Shown here in pieces: positions 8,532 to 16,542 of a stretch of 26,166 nucleotides of DNA (the stretch's first letter is position 1; each line of letters opens with the position of its first letter). The stretch comes from Bdellovibrionia bacterium (GTDB lineage Bacteria; Bdellovibrionota; UBA1018). The DNA is taken from NCBI GenBank assembly GCA_045805065.1, contig JBJMMA010000248.1:1-26166 (forward strand). Direction: 5' to 3'. Both the position numbers and the translations under genes were made by a program. The notes under the pieces are model-generated. The model ran no database searches, was not told the origin of the DNA, and worked only from the letters and a program-made list of their open reading frames with translations.

Positions 8532-8568
8532 TTGCAGATTTGTGCAAAGTCATTGCCTAATTCTGCAA
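8532..8568. promoter_or_regulatory. Inverted pair of the same AraC half-site upstream of the AraC gene
   Basis: TTGCAGATTTGTGCAA-agtca-TTGCCTAATTCTGCAA. Confidence 0.55.
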
Positions 8569-8571
8569 CCC

Positions 8572-8961
8572 TTAAATCATCGCTTGATGGTCTTGAAAGA
8601 TACAGTTCCCGGAGATGACCGTCATCCCAAGGGAACGGGCATGTTGCTCGGCCTCTGAGTTCTGCGCACCCGGCTGAAGCCAGAAAACGGCTGGCTTCAA
8701 TGGCTGCACTTCCTCAAGCAACGCAGGAATTGCGTCGGGTGACCGATAGACATTGACGATCTCAAGCGGTTGCGGAGCTTCTTCAATCGAAGCCACGACT
8801 GGAATGCCGGGAATCTTGGGAAGTCCCGGATTGACGCCTGTCACTTCAAAACCATGGTCTTGAAGATAACGGGCAATCCAATGACTTGGGCGAGATGGAT
8901 TGGCGCTGATCCCTACAACAGCAACCCGCTTATAACGCTTTAAAATGTCTGTTGTTTCCAT
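8572..8961 (-). CDS. CoA-binding protein (YccU-like)
   Basis: VAVVGISANPSRPS..IA.YL...G..V..VNP, V.VYR, WLQPG, C near the C-terminus. ATG at 8961 overlaps the upstream TAA (TAATG). Confidence 0.9.
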   Translation of the reverse strand: METTDILKRYKRVAVVGISANPSRPSHWIARYLQDHGFEVTGVNPGLPKIPGIPVVASIEEAPQPLEIVNVYRSPDAIPALLEEVQPLKPAVFWLQPGAQNSEAEQHARSLGMTVISGNCIFQDHQAMI

Positions 8962-9938
8962 TAGGGATGTTTGAATGCAAGTTGCGAGCACTCCGCAAAT
9001 GCAGGAGCAAAGGCCGCTCGCGCCTTTTCGTCCATATGCCTGTACAAATACGCTCGAGCCTCGCAAACCTGGATGGCGTGAGGATCTTTTGCCTGAAGCG
9101 CTGATGCCATATCGAGCTTTCCCACCGGAACCTGGCCCTGAGGGCATTCATACCAGATTGCCCAATCATTCCACTTGGCTCGTGTCGGCTGATTTCCGCA
9201 ATAAACGGTAATGAAGCGATCATTGGCGTTCAGATCCGCGGCCCTGTGGTTTCGAACCGTCATCGTGTCCTGCAAAACTGCAATCGGCTGAAAGAAGCCT
9301 TGTACGTCTGACATGTACCGAAATGGCGCAGCTGTAGAAACAGGCGCTGGCGCATTTTGCTGATGGCAGGCGCCACAGTGATTCGACTGACGAAACTGAT
9401 TTCGGATTGCTTCATTCGCTCGTGGATAAAAAAGCGCGACCAAGGCCTCACCTGCGGCAACGTCCGCAACATCGTCTTTGCGCGCCCACTCGTATCCTGC
9501 AAGCTGATGGTAATCGACTCCCGGCGCTGGCTCAAAGACATGGAAAACGGCACTTCCGTTCTCATCGATTCGGGCGCCTCGCACGTCACCGACGCCATAG
9601 ATCGGAGAATCAAACTCCACTCGATCCGCAATGGTGCCGGGTGGATAAACCAAGGTATACCGATCTTCTCGCGAATCATTGATTCGATAGGCTGTGATCT
9701 TCCGGTTTTCTGGGAGCTTCAACCAAACCTGAATAATGTCCGTGCCCTGACGATTTGAAGGAAGCCGTAAAGGCGCGACCATTTCAACAAAGCCGCTGTT
9801 CTTCCAGTAGTCCCGTTGGTTGGGCAAAGAAAGCAAGGGGCTCACTGGGCCCGCCCAAGCACTACCTCCTGCGAACAGCTCCGAAAGCACAAAGCTTAGA
9901 AACAAAGCGGCTCTGAGTATACACAGGTCCTGTCGCAT
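8961..9938 (-). CDS. Exported hypothetical protein with a single CxxCH (putative c-type cytochrome)
   Basis: Signal peptide ending AWA|G; CGACHQ motif; additional Cys residues in the C-terminal part. Confidence 0.65.
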   Translation of the reverse strand: MRQDLCILRAALFLSFVLSELFAGGSAWAGPVSPLLSLPNQRDYWKNSGFVEMVAPLRLPSNRQGTDIIQVWLKLPENRKITAYRINDSREDRYTLVYPPGTIADRVEFDSPIYGVGDVRGARIDENGSAVFHVFEPAPGVDYHQLAGYEWARKDDVADVAAGEALVALFYPRANEAIRNQFRQSNHCGACHQQNAPAPVSTAAPFRYMSDVQGFFQPIAVLQDTMTVRNHRAADLNANDRFITVYCGNQPTRAKWNDWAIWYECPQGQVPVGKLDMASALQAKDPHAIQVCEARAYLYRHMDEKARAAFAPAFAECSQLAFKHP

Positions 9939-10005
9939 GGGCTGCTCTCTTACCTGAGTTATGGCAGCTTTACAAAACTTTCCTCGTTCATTTGGGAGCC
10001 CTATT

Positions 10006-11886
10006 TTACTTACAGAAAGGCGCCGCCGGGTCTTTGGAACAAAGATAGACTTTCATCACCGCGTTTTCTTGCTCAAGTTTTTGGATTTGATCGCCATGAG
10101 TAACTATCTTGCGATAGAGCTCTTGAATTGCGTTAATCGCGGCCCAATGAATCGGATCCACGTTCAGTTCGAGATACCCGTCCTTGCGTGTACTCACAGC
10201 CTCGGGGATCACTTCACGCACTTCCTGCGCTATGAATCCTACCTTCTCGAAGTCCGATGGAAGGCCGAGGGCATTGTTCTTTTTGTAGTTATATTTCACG
10301 GTATGAAGTTTCAAGATTTCGGCGAGGCCTTTGTCGTAATCGCCGCGAATATCTTTTAAGCGAATATCCGATGCGTTAGTCCACGCAGTGCCGGTGCTCA
10401 GGCCTGCCGTTCCTACGACATGCAGATTGTAAGAAGGCGATGAGGTTCCTATACCGACGTTACCTGCAAAAAAGCTCGGAGCAGTAGCGTCCGAAGCATA
10501 GAGAGACCACTTATTGGTCGCCAAAATATTACCGATATTGACACCGTAACCAGTGTTAATCGGGCCTGTGCTGGCACTATTTCCGATCTGAAAGAAACCG
10601 CCAATTGCCGCGTTTATCGCGCCAGTGCCACTGTTTACGACCTGAAAGTAACCGGCGTTAGCCGAATTAATACTTCCCGGATTCTGAAAATTGACCACCT
10701 GGCCCTGAACACCGATTGCTGAATTCATAGTTCCGGAACCAGTATTTACCGAACTTCCGCTTACGCCGAGTGTATATAGCATCGTCGCAGTCGACTGGTT
10801 CTTCACATTTCCCTCCACCCCGTAAGCAGACTGAGGCGAGGCAGAAGATTCATTCCAATTCACTTGTCCAAGAATCGAATTGATCCCTCTCAGATTCGTA
10901 TTTGTTCCACCACTTCTGGCATTAACAAACATCGGAATAAACCAAGGACCGCTACCGGGAACATTGTCTACGGGCGGAGAGACCATCTGCGTGAGATTGA
11001 GAGTATAGGCATTTCCGCCTGAGGTATCGTTACGAGTTTCCTGAATATCCAGCTTAGTTGCAGGAGTTGAGGTTCCGATCCCAAGCTTGCCCGTGACATT
11101 ATCTTCAAAGATCGAACTCACGCCAAGCTGCGTGTTTGACGTCCATTTGGCCAAGTAATTTGCAGCTCCAAGGGTCGTCCCAGGAAACGGAACTCCAGTC
11201 GTCACGGACTGAGACTGATCTTTGAGAGTTAAGAGCCCCATACCTGGTGGAGGAGTGATGCCTGGAGCCTGAGATATAGTTAAGGTCACCGTAATAGAAG
11301 ATGCCTGAGCGCAGGTCGCCGCACCGTTCGAACACTTTGGAGTGAAGGCCGTAGTGACCAGAATCTGGCAATTCGCGTTCGGCGCTTGGAGCGATCGATT
11401 TGGACAAGGTGCCCCTGTGAGATCGTAAACGGCAGCGTTTGCATCGGAGGTAGTCGTATCTTTGGGCCCTGCGAGAGGGTTAGAGAATGAATCCGTTAGC
11501 GTAAACCCGTAGCTCTGCGGATTATTGCTTGCGTCCTTAGCCACACAGCCATTGGGAGGAGAGCCGTTCACGCATTTCTCAAACATCGTTGGCGTGCCAC
11601 CACCCGCATTCCCCGGAAAGCCAGCAGAGGTCGAAAACAACAAGCTGGCTTTTAGCGCATCCGAATTACCAGCCTCTCGACCAATCCTGGTCAAAAGCTG
11701 ATCTCTGGAAGCCAACGTCCTCGAGCCTCGAATGGAATGATTCACCGAGGTCATCATGCTGGACATGGAGAGCATCACCACCGCACCGACGGCAGCGGCA
11801 ATCATGACCTCGATGATGCCGAAGCCTTTTTCATCAAGAGAGACGCACTTCCTCAGGCCGCATTCATGTTCAGAGAAGAGAATCAT
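10006..11886 (-). CDS. Prepilin-type N-terminal domain fused to a tail-fibre-like trimer with peptidase S74 intramolecular chaperone
   Basis: KG|FGIIEVMIAAAVGAVVMLSM type III signal; GKLGIGTSTP..KLDI and GNVGIGTSSP..NLHV fibre motifs; Gly-rich 18-19 aa repeats; WTNAS-DIRLKDI...GFIAQEV..VIPEAV...AIQEL plus coiled coil. Confidence 0.85.
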   Translation of the reverse strand: MILFSEHECGLRKCVSLDEKGFGIIEVMIAAAVGAVVMLSMSSMMTSVNHSIRGSRTLASRDQLLTRIGREAGNSDALKASLLFSTSAGFPGNAGGGTPTMFEKCVNGSPPNGCVAKDASNNPQSYGFTLTDSFSNPLAGPKDTTTSDANAAVYDLTGAPCPNRSLQAPNANCQILVTTAFTPKCSNGAATCAQASSITVTLTISQAPGITPPPGMGLLTLKDQSQSVTTGVPFPGTTLGAANYLAKWTSNTQLGVSSIFEDNVTGKLGIGTSTPATKLDIQETRNDTSGGNAYTLNLTQMVSPPVDNVPGSGPWFIPMFVNARSGGTNTNLRGINSILGQVNWNESSASPQSAYGVEGNVKNQSTATMLYTLGVSGSSVNTGSGTMNSAIGVQGQVVNFQNPGSINSANAGYFQVVNSGTGAINAAIGGFFQIGNSASTGPINTGYGVNIGNILATNKWSLYASDATAPSFFAGNVGIGTSSPSYNLHVVGTAGLSTGTAWTNASDIRLKDIRGDYDKGLAEILKLHTVKYNYKKNNALGLPSDFEKVGFIAQEVREVIPEAVSTRKDGYLELNVDPIHWAAINAIQELYRKIVTHGDQIQKLEQENAVMKVYLCSKDPAAPFCK

Positions 11887-12359
11887 TTGGAATCGTTCTC
11901 CCCTTGTTTTTCGAGAAGGCTTTCCATCATTTCATTGAAGGAATGAGCGACCTCATGAAAATCATCTCCTGGCCGCAGTCGAATACGTCTATTGTGATTC
12001 CCCGAGCGAATTTCGTCGAAGATGCGCCTGAATCGATAGAGCGGACCAGCAGTTCGGTGGCTCAGAATGATAGAGAACAAACAAAGCATCGCGATCCAGA
12101 GAATTGAGAAGAAAACCATGGTCAATACGACCTGCCGAAGCTCGGAATAGAGTCGAAGCTCCAGTTCACTGCTCATGGGGACCATATTGATCCAGATGAG
12201 AAAATGCTCTCGGATAAAGACAACAAAGATTGCGACTGTTGCGATCACCATGAGGATCCCTGTCCCAGCCGTAAGTGCGACGCACTTCAATTGATAACGA
12301 GGACTAATCAGATAGGACCTGATTTGGCGACGGCGCTTGGTCTCAGGCTGTTCACTCAT
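11883..12359 (-). CDS. Two-TM membrane protein with C-terminal HAMP domain and no output domain
   Basis: RR...YLISPRYQLK, two hydrophobic helices, SHRTAGPLYRFRR.F..I..G....RI.LR.GDDF.EVA.SFN.M. ATGA overlap with the fibre gene. Confidence 0.85.
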   Translation of the reverse strand: MSEQPETKRRRQIRSYLISPRYQLKCVALTAGTGILMVIATVAIFVVFIREHFLIWINMVPMSSELELRLYSELRQVVLTMVFFSILWIAMLCLFSIILSHRTAGPLYRFRRIFDEIRSGNHNRRIRLRPGDDFHEVAHSFNEMMESLLEKQGENDSK

Positions 12360-12607
12360 GGCTCACCCTGGCGTGGACAAAACACACGGGTTGTCTGTTT
12401 GGATGCAAGTTCAGAAGTTGATAATATCTAAAATATTACACCGCTCATAAACCTGCAATGTGTCACAAGTAACTTAGTTTGATAATCAGCTAAGTAACTG
12501 AGTTTTATGGCTTATTTTTTCCAAGTGGCCGTTTTTCTACCTGAAGCACTCGGCGCAGGCAGGCGTACCCGGGGAAGACTTATACTTGAAGTATTTTTGA
12601 ACGCGGC

Positions 12608-13555
12608 GTGTTATGTCTACCCTCAGTGAATTCCAGAGCCAGATCCCCCTTAAAAGCTTCGTCCGACAAGTCGGGCCTGCATCCAAGAAATCGCCATCGC
12701 GGTCGGTATGACTTCGGCGCGCTTACCCGCTCTCTGCCAGAGCTCAATCAGTTCATGATCCGAACTCCGTATGGCGACGAATCCATCGATTTTTCCAATG
12801 CAGACGCCGTTAAAATGCTCAACCGCGCTATTCTGAAAAGCTTTTACGGAATAGATCACTGGGACATTCCGCAAGGGTATCTCTGCCCGCCCGTTCCTGG
12901 CCGCGCCGATTACATTCATCACATTGCCGATTTGCTAGCGAACTCCAACCGGGGCGAAGTCCCGACAGGATCTCAGGTCCGTGTCCTGGATATCGGCGTT
13001 GGCGCCAACTGCATTTACCCGATCATTGGCCACCACGAGTATGGCTGGAGTTTTATCGGGACGGACATCGATGCGCGCGCACTTGCCTGCGCGAAAACCA
13101 TCGCTGACGCAAATGCAGATTTGAAAGGCGCACTTGAACTTCGCCTGCAGAAGACTCCAGGCAAAATTTTTGAAGGCGTGATCAAGCCAGGTGAGAAAAT
13201 CGATTTATCCATCTGCAATCCGCCTTTTCACTCGAGCGCTGAAGAAGCACGTGCAAGCACTCAGCTCAAATGGAAGAAGCTAGGAAAAGACTCTCGAGCA
13301 GGCAGAAACTTCGGAGGCCAGAACGCTGAACTCTGGTGCCCTGGAGGCGAAGTAGAATTTATCGGGAGAATGATCCAGGAAAGCAAAAACTTCTCCACTC
13401 AGTGCCGTTGGTTTTCGACATTGGTTTCCAAAGTCGGCAAGCTGGACGACATTTATCGAGAGCTCAGAAACGCGAGAGTCGCCGACTACCGCGAACAAAT
13501 GATGTCTCAAGGACAAAAAATCAGTCGCATCGTCGCGTGGACCTTTCTCAAATGA
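12608..13555 (+). CDS. rlmF: 23S rRNA m6A1618 methyltransferase
   Basis: LHPRNRH.GRYDF, W.IP.GYLCPPVPGRADYIH, LDIGVGANCIYP, CNPPFH, NFGGQ..ELWC.GGE, M.QGQK.SR.VAW. True start may be GTG 12626. Confidence 0.95.
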   Translation: MLCLPSVNSRARSPLKASSDKSGLHPRNRHRGRYDFGALTRSLPELNQFMIRTPYGDESIDFSNADAVKMLNRAILKSFYGIDHWDIPQGYLCPPVPGRADYIHHIADLLANSNRGEVPTGSQVRVLDIGVGANCIYPIIGHHEYGWSFIGTDIDARALACAKTIADANADLKGALELRLQKTPGKIFEGVIKPGEKIDLSICNPPFHSSAEEARASTQLKWKKLGKDSRAGRNFGGQNAELWCPGGEVEFIGRMIQESKNFSTQCRWFSTLVSKVGKLDDIYRELRNARVADYREQMMSQGQKISRIVAWTFLK

Positions 13556-14004
13556 CCAATAATACGATCCTTCGGGGCATCCGTTACATTCTCAACGTCA
13601 GAGACGCAAAGCTTGTTGAAATCGCAGCACTCGGTGGCTGTCAGGTGACAGAAGCTCAGATCGTTTCTTATCTGACCAAGGAGGAAGAGCCTGGCTATGT
13701 GGAATGTCCACATGAAGTCCTGGCTCGCTTTCTGAACGGCCTGATCATCTTCAAACGAGGAAAAGATGACAGCCGCCCTCCTCTGCCTTTAGAGCTCCCG
13801 GTCACTAACAATACGGTGTTGAAGAAACTGCGCGTGGCTTTTGAATTAAAAGACACAGACATCATCCGTCTGATTGAAAAGTCAGGTGTCCTGAAAGTTT
13901 CAAAAACCGAACTCAGTGCCTTTTTCAGAAACCGCGATCACAGAAACTACCGCGAGTGTGGAGATCAGTTCCTGCGCAACCTCATGAAAGCCCTCTCACT
14001 ATGA
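13552..14004 (+). CDS. DUF1456 (YehS-like) protein
   Basis: MTNN.ILR.IRY, FLNGLI..KRG, TNN.VLKKLRVAF.LK, SK.ELSAFFR..DH.NYRECGDQFLRN. ATG overlaps the rlmF stop. Confidence 0.9.
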   Translation: MTNNTILRGIRYILNVRDAKLVEIAALGGCQVTEAQIVSYLTKEEEPGYVECPHEVLARFLNGLIIFKRGKDDSRPPLPLELPVTNNTVLKKLRVAFELKDTDIIRLIEKSGVLKVSKTELSAFFRNRDHRNYRECGDQFLRNLMKALSL

Positions 14005-15293
14005 ACTCATTCTCACTTTTAGAACTTCTGCCTTCGATTCAAGCCACCCTTGCCGAAAAAGGCCTGGTCAGACTGACCGAGATTCAGGCGAAAACCCTGC
14101 CTCTTTTGCTGGAAGGGAAATCCGTTGTGGGAGTTGCAGAAACTGGCAGCGGCAAGACTCTTTCGTATGTGCTGCCTGTCCTGCACCTTTTGAAGGCGCT
14201 TGAGAACGGCGGCGAACCAGTCAAAGCTGAAGCCCAGCCTCGCGCCGCGGTCATCGTTCCGACACGCGAACTCGGCGAACAGGTTTCCCGCGTCTTCAAG
14301 CCATTCACTCACACCACTCGCTTGAGAGTTCGCACTGTCCTTGGGGGCACGACCTTTGAGCAATCCAGGCGAAATATCGGTGGTCCTTTTGAAGTCTTGG
14401 TAGCTACGCCGGGTCGACTGGTGCAACTCATGGACAAGAACCTCATCAGCCTCAACGATGTTCGTATGCTGGTGATCGATGAAGCGGATCAGATGCTTGA
14501 CCAGGGCTTCATGGCCGACATCAGCCAGATCACGCGCGACTGCCCTTCGGATCGTCAAATGGTCCTGTTTTCTGCCACGGTTTCCCAGGCCGTCCAGAAA
14601 GTCATGACCGAGCTGTTCACTGATGCGGAAGTGATTCGGAGCACGGGAAGCAACAAGGTTGTCGCGACCCTGAAAACACTGAATCGTACCGTTGTGGACG
14701 GCAATCGAGTTCCACTGCTCGAGGCCGTGCTTTCTGAGCCTGTCCAAGGCGGCACGGTGATTTTCACCAACACCCGTGAGCAATGCGATGCCCTGGCTCT
14801 TGAAGTCGAGAAGCTTGGCCGCTCCTGTGTGGTCTACCGGGGCGAGATGGACAAGCTTGAACGCCGCGCGAATTTGAAAGCATTCAGAGACGGAAAGGTC
14901 GATCTTTTGATCTCGACTGACCTTGCCTCTCGCGGACTTGATGTTGATCACGTCGGTCGGGTCATCAATTATCACCTGCCCCAGCAGATGGAGAACTATC
15001 TCCATCGCGCAGGCCGCACGGCTCGCGCTGGCCGCGCAGGCGTTGTGATCAATTTTGTCACGAAACGTGATCAAGCTTTGATCGATCAATTGAACGGGGC
15101 ACCGCCTGCCCCCAAAAAGGCTAGCGGTCGCGCATTTCAAAAGCGTTCTGATCACCGCTCTGATCATCGTAAGCCTGATCATCGTAAAGATGACAGAAAG
15201 CGTAATGACCGCGGATCTAATGAACGCGGTAATTTCGGTCGTTCCGCTCGTCCCAAGACCAGCGGACCGAAATCCCGGTCGGGACGGAAATAA
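14001..15293 (+). CDS. DEAD-box RNA helicase with basic disordered C-tail
   Basis: Q-motif, AETGSGKT, PTREL, TPGRL, DEAD, SAT, RGLD, Y.HR.GRTARAG. ATGA overlap with DUF1456. Confidence 0.96.
   Translation: MNSFSLLELLPSIQATLAEKGLVRLTEIQAKTLPLLLEGKSVVGVAETGSGKTLSYVLPVLHLLKALENGGEPVKAEAQPRAAVIVPTRELGEQVSRVFKPFTHTTRLRVRTVLGGTTFEQSRRNIGGPFEVLVATPGRLVQLMDKNLISLNDVRMLVIDEADQMLDQGFMADISQITRDCPSDRQMVLFSATVSQAVQKVMTELFTDAEVIRSTGSNKVVATLKTLNRTVVDGNRVPLLEAVLSEPVQGGTVIFTNTREQCDALALEVEKLGRSCVVYRGEMDKLERRANLKAFRDGKVDLLISTDLASRGLDVDHVGRVINYHLPQQMENYLHRAGRTARAGRAGVVINFVTKRDQALIDQLNGAPPAPKKASGRAFQKRSDHRSDHRKPDHRKDDRKRNDRGSNERGNFGRSARPKTSGPKSRSGRK
15144..15192 (+). repeat. Imperfect 12/15-bp tandem repeat in the helicase tail (RSDH RSDH RKPDH RKDD)
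   Basis: cgttctgatcac cgctctgatcat cgtaagcctgatcat cgtaaagat. Confidence 0.7.
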
Positions 15294-16343
15294 TCACTTC
15301 TTGATCATTTCGCTGTAAGCACGCTTTCCAAAGCTGAAATACGTATCATACATCCGTGCCTCTTGTCGGTAGACGGGATACTGAAGAAGAAGCTGGTGCA
15401 TCCGCGGTAAATTATACTGTGGAACTGAAGGATAAAGATGGTGTGCAATGTGAATGTTGATATTGAGCGGAGCGACCGTGAGTCGCTCTAAAAGGCTCGC
15501 ATCGACATGTCTTGAGCGATTGAACTCGTTTTGACCCGGAAGATTGAGATGCTCCACGACGCTGCGGATCCGAACAAAGAGAGCAGCAAGAGTCGACATC
15601 GGCAACATCCAGAGCAAAAGAAAGTTGATCCAGTTTCCGGAAAGAGTCAGTCCCGTCGCAACAACCGCTAAATATCCATAGAGCGAAAGGCGCTCGGACA
15701 GAGGCAGGCGTGGTCCTGAGTTCTGAGATGAGGCCTGGTTGGAAAAATGATTTGCCCAGGGAGACCATCTGAAAAGTGTGGGTCCTAAATGGCTCATATT
15801 TAAGCTCAACAGATCCTTGAAAAACAGCCAGAATGCTTGTCCTTGGGTCTTTGGCCAGTACCAATGGGAATCAGCGTCCCAATCGCGCTTATAAGGATCG
15901 TTCTGCTCCATGTTGTACTGATGATGAAGCAGATGCTCGTATCGATAGCGAGAGACGGTCATATTGGTTGGAAACGCGCAAAAAATGTTTCCAAACAGGT
16001 CATTGGCCCATTTCTTTGAGAAAAGTCGCCAATGAGTTGCTTCATGCATGATGATCCCGAGAGCATGTTGGCGGGTCGAAATAATGAGCATCGCAATGCC
16101 GTAGCTCCACCACTGCTTGAAGGTGGTGGCAAATAAAACAGCTGCGGCAATTGCGGTCCATTGCCGGGCGATAGAAAAGGCGCCTTTGACATTGGAAACT
16201 TTGCTCAACTTCAAAAATTCGGCTCTCATCGCTTCGTTGCCTGGCTCTTTGAAGAAAGCCAGAATATCCCTTTTTTCGTTTAAACCGACTTCAGTAGAAG
16301 TTTCCCGATCATTGGTCACAACCGCTAATTGTCTAGCGCCCAT
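15294..16343 (-). CDS. Membrane fatty acid desaturase family protein
   Basis: His boxes HEATH, HLLHH, EH and HIAHH.YP.VP.YNLP; TM helices. ATG at 16343 (ORF track starts at 16355). Confidence 0.9.
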   Translation of the reverse strand: MGARQLAVVTNDRETSTEVGLNEKRDILAFFKEPGNEAMRAEFLKLSKVSNVKGAFSIARQWTAIAAAVLFATTFKQWWSYGIAMLIISTRQHALGIIMHEATHWRLFSKKWANDLFGNIFCAFPTNMTVSRYRYEHLLHHQYNMEQNDPYKRDWDADSHWYWPKTQGQAFWLFFKDLLSLNMSHLGPTLFRWSPWANHFSNQASSQNSGPRLPLSERLSLYGYLAVVATGLTLSGNWINFLLLWMLPMSTLAALFVRIRSVVEHLNLPGQNEFNRSRHVDASLLERLTVAPLNINIHIAHHLYPSVPQYNLPRMHQLLLQYPVYRQEARMYDTYFSFGKRAYSEMIKK

Positions 16344-16542
16344 ATAAACCCCCACCGTTCATCTGATTTGCTGAAAATGGCCAGAATGCAGATATCTATC
16401 GCCCCAACTCATTGGGGCCTTAACGGCTATGACCGAGTTCTGTTCTCTCACGTTCGGCCCAGCGCTTTAGCTCATAGACGCATCGCATTCAGGTGTGCTA
16501 CAACCTCTTCACTTCACCCCAAATAGATTCGCGGAAAGATTT

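Noticed and set aside
8962..9147. N-terminal extension of the CoA-binding ORF
   Set aside because: Overlaps the upstream CDS; the domain begins at METTDIL (ATG 8961, TAATG coupling).
10006..11886. Prophage or tailocin, suggested by the tail-fibre/S74 domain
   Set aside because: No capsid, tail, lysis or integrase genes nearby, and the protein has a host-type prepilin signal.
13336..13551. N-terminal extension of the DUF1456 ORF in the track
   Set aside because: Overlaps rlmF; family homology starts at MTNN (ATG 13552).
14019..15182. 387-aa antisense ORF over the DEAD-box helicase
   Set aside because: Fully nested opposite a conserved gene with no recognisable motifs; a typical codon-bias shadow ORF.
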